From: Escherichia phage adrianh
Direction: 5' to 3' (one strand)
DNA length: 64,000 nt
Sequence record: MN850614.1
In this document: in pieces, positions 61,958-64,000 of the stretch
Layout: every line of letters begins with the position of its first letter
Numbering within the stretch: the first letter of the stretch is position 1
Notes under the pieces: model-generated
Database searches by the model: none
What the model was told of the DNA's origin: nothing
What the model saw: only the letters and a program-made list of their open reading frames with translations
Translations under genes and position numbers: made by a program

Positions 61958-64000
61958 ATGGCAGATTACAAGTTGAGTGAATTAAACTCAATTGATACAA
62001 TTCGTTCAGACGACCTCCTTCATATCAGGGTTAAAAAGAGACCTGAAATGCTGGGTGATGAAGACCGTCGAATGACCTATCAAGATTTCTTAGCATCTTT
62101 TAAACTAGAAAGGTTTGTTCAGATTGCTGGTAGCACTATGACTGGTGACTTAGGGATTGTTAAGTTACTTTATGGTGGTAAGGCAGTATTTGACCCAACA
62201 GGCTCTTCTGAGATTACTATTGGGGATGTTTTAAAGACTTTTAAAATCAACGCAAATGGCCTTAAACTAACTATTGCAGATGCTTCAAGGTCGGCAACTG
62301 TTTATCATACTCTGAATAAGCCAAGTCCTAATGAACTTGGGATGAGAACTAATGAAGAGAATGATGCAAGATACTCAAGATTAGCTGCAAATAACACCTT
62401 TAGAGGTACTCAAGCTATTCTCTCTGACAATGAAGCCCTCATTGTTAAGAATATTACACAAGGGATGCCACTCTATATTCGTGGTCAAGATGCAGATGGC
62501 ACTAACAGATGGTATCTAGGCAATGATAATAAAGGCACAGACAACCTTGTTTTAAAAAACGTTAAATCTGGTGCATACGTAGCGATTTTAGCTAACCTAA
62601 TCTCTGTGAATAAATCAATTCAAATCACTGGTCAAGTTCAACCTTCTGATTGGGCTAACTTAGATGCTAGATACTTTACTCAGACAGCAGCTAATCAGAG
62701 ATTTGCGCAGTTAGCTGGTAATAACACATTTAGTGGTTTAAACACATTCAACCAACTAAGTGTTTTCAAAAAAGATGGTGAAGCAATTAGGCTACAGAAT
62801 GCCAATGCTGCACAACCATTGTACATTAAGGCGATTGATAGCACAGGTGTCAACAGATGGTACATTGGTAATAGTAACGAAGGTGATAACGTAGCTCTAG
62901 AAAACTACAAAACTAGTGGCAAGATTACTGTAGGGACAAGTGTTAATATCAATAAAACACTAACTGTAACTGGTCAAGTTCAACCTTCTGACTGGACTAA
63001 CATTGACTCTCGTTATGTTCTTATCGGTTCATACGCAAATCTTGCTAAGAAGAATGAAGCTAACACATTCACTTTACAGCAGAATATTCAATCTGATGGT
63101 GAAGCATTAAGAATCTACAGCAAGGCTCAGAATAATTCTTCTTACATTGTTGGTAAGAATACTGATAACACAAATAAGTGGTTTATCGGTTGTGGTACTA
63201 ATGGTTCTGGTACGGCATCATTCCATAACTACTTGACTGGTGCAAGACTCGATTTAGCTGACGAAGTTCTTCTGTCTAAATCTCTACAGATTACTGGACA
63301 GGTAAAACCTTCTGATTGGTCTAACTTAGATGCTAGATACTTCACTCAGTCAGCAGCTAATCAGAGATTCATGGTTGCAGGTTCTACAGGAGAAGCTACA
63401 GAGCAGAATGCAGATGGTGTGGCATGGAACGCTAAAACAGGCTTATATAATGTAACCTCAACAAATGCTGATTACACAGCACTTGTGTTTCAAATGTATC
63501 AGGGGGTGACCTCATCTACTGCCTGTGCGCAATTAAAGTTCCAGTATAAAAACGGTGGAATGTGGTACAGAACATCTGTAGATAGTAAAGGCTTTGAAGC
63601 TAAGTGGTCTAAGATTTACACAGAGGCTCAGAAACCAACCCCTTCAGATATTGGTGCATATACTAAAACTGAGACTGACCAGAAGATTGCGCAGGCGGTA
63701 AGTGACTCTACAGACCTTAACAAAATCTATCCAGTAGGTATTGTGACATGGTTTAACAGCAATGTTAACCCTAATACAGCACTGCCTGGTCTAACTTGGA
63801 CGTATCTGAACAACGGTGTTGGTAGAACTATCAGGGTTGCAGCAGCTAACGGTTCAGATGTTGCTACAACAGGTGGTTCAGATTCTGTGACGTTAGCTGT
63901 TGGTAACTTACCATCACACACTCACAGTTTTTCTGCTACCACTTCATCTTTTGACTACGGAACAAAAAACACTAACACGACTGGTGCTCACACCCACTCT
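61958..64000 (+). CDS. Long tail fibre protein (3' truncated by window end)
   Basis: Open frame from ATG 61958 to window end; internal QPSDWxNxDxRY repeats; HTHS and FDYGTK motifs near end; absent from track because incomplete. Confidence 0.5.
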   Translation, partial: MADYKLSELNSIDTIRSDDLLHIRVKKRPEMLGDEDRRMTYQDFLASFKLERFVQIAGSTMTGDLGIVKLLYGGKAVFDPTGSSEITIGDVLKTFKINANGLKLTIADASRSATVYHTLNKPSPNELGMRTNEENDARYSRLAANNTFRGTQAILSDNEALIVKNITQGMPLYIRGQDADGTNRWYLGNDNKGTDNLVLKNVKSGAYVAILANLISVNKSIQITGQVQPSDWANLDARYFTQTAANQRFAQLAGNNTFSGLNTFNQLSVFKKDGEAIRLQNANAAQPLYIKAIDSTGVNRWYIGNSNEGDNVALENYKTSGKITVGTSVNINKTLTVTGQVQPSDWTNIDSRYVLIGSYANLAKKNEANTFTLQQNIQSDGEALRIYSKAQNNSSYIVGKNTDNTNKWFIGCGTNGSGTASFHNYLTGARLDLADEVLLSKSLQITGQVKPSDWSNLDARYFTQSAANQRFMVAGSTGEATEQNADGVAWNAKTGLYNVTSTNADYTALVFQMYQGVTSSTACAQLKFQYKNGGMWYRTSVDSKGFEAKWSKIYTEAQKPTPSDIGAYTKTETDQKIAQAVSDSTDLNKIYPVGIVTWFNSNVNPNTALPGLTWTYLNNGVGRTIRVAAANGSDVATTGGSDSVTLAVGNLPSHTHSFSATTSSFDYGTKNTNTTGAHTHS

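Overview
This 64 kb window reads as a contiguous piece of a lytic, tailed (myovirus-type) phage genome, AT-rich by eye, with no integrase, transposase, rRNA or host-like flanks. All calls are from manual reading of the sequence and the supplied ORF track; no database search or structure prediction was run, so products rest on motifs, order and size. Layout: (1) 1-10.4 kb nucleotide-metabolism genes on the + strand: class I RNR small subunit, glutaredoxin, anaerobic RNR NrdD and NrdG, then an adjacent Prs-family pyrophosphokinase and NAMPT-family gene; (2) 10.4-18.2 kb rIIA-like GHKL ATPase, rIIB-like gene, secreted SLT-type transglycosylase, HAD-like hydrolase, overlapping spanin-like pair and a macro-domain protein; (3) 18.2-25.0 kb about 15 small ORFs, each preceded by one of two repeated stem-loop/RBS cassettes; (4) 25.0-26.6 kb a 1.6 kb coding desert packed with TGTTAAG-type short repeats; (5) 26.6-33.9 kb a minus-strand block of 17 mostly uncharacterised genes including a T4 e-type lysozyme; (6) 36.1-41.0 kb an array of about 26 tRNA genes covering all 20 amino acids, interrupted by one ORF and several repeated or structured non-coding elements; (7) 41.3-64.0 kb late module: terminase large subunit, portal, prohead protease/scaffold, major capsid, sheath, tube, tape measure, baseplate and two HxH-repeat tail fibres (the last truncated by the window end). 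The gene content resembles Felix O1-like phages (Ounavirinae), but that is from memory and unverified. Most likely to matter: the Prs-like/NAMPT-like pair (candidate NAD+ reconstitution counter-defence, with macro and HAD genes nearby), the iteron-like desert, the cassette-punctuated small-gene region and the repeat elements inside the tRNA array. tRNA anticodons were assigned by hand and need tRNAscan-SE or ARAGORN confirmation.
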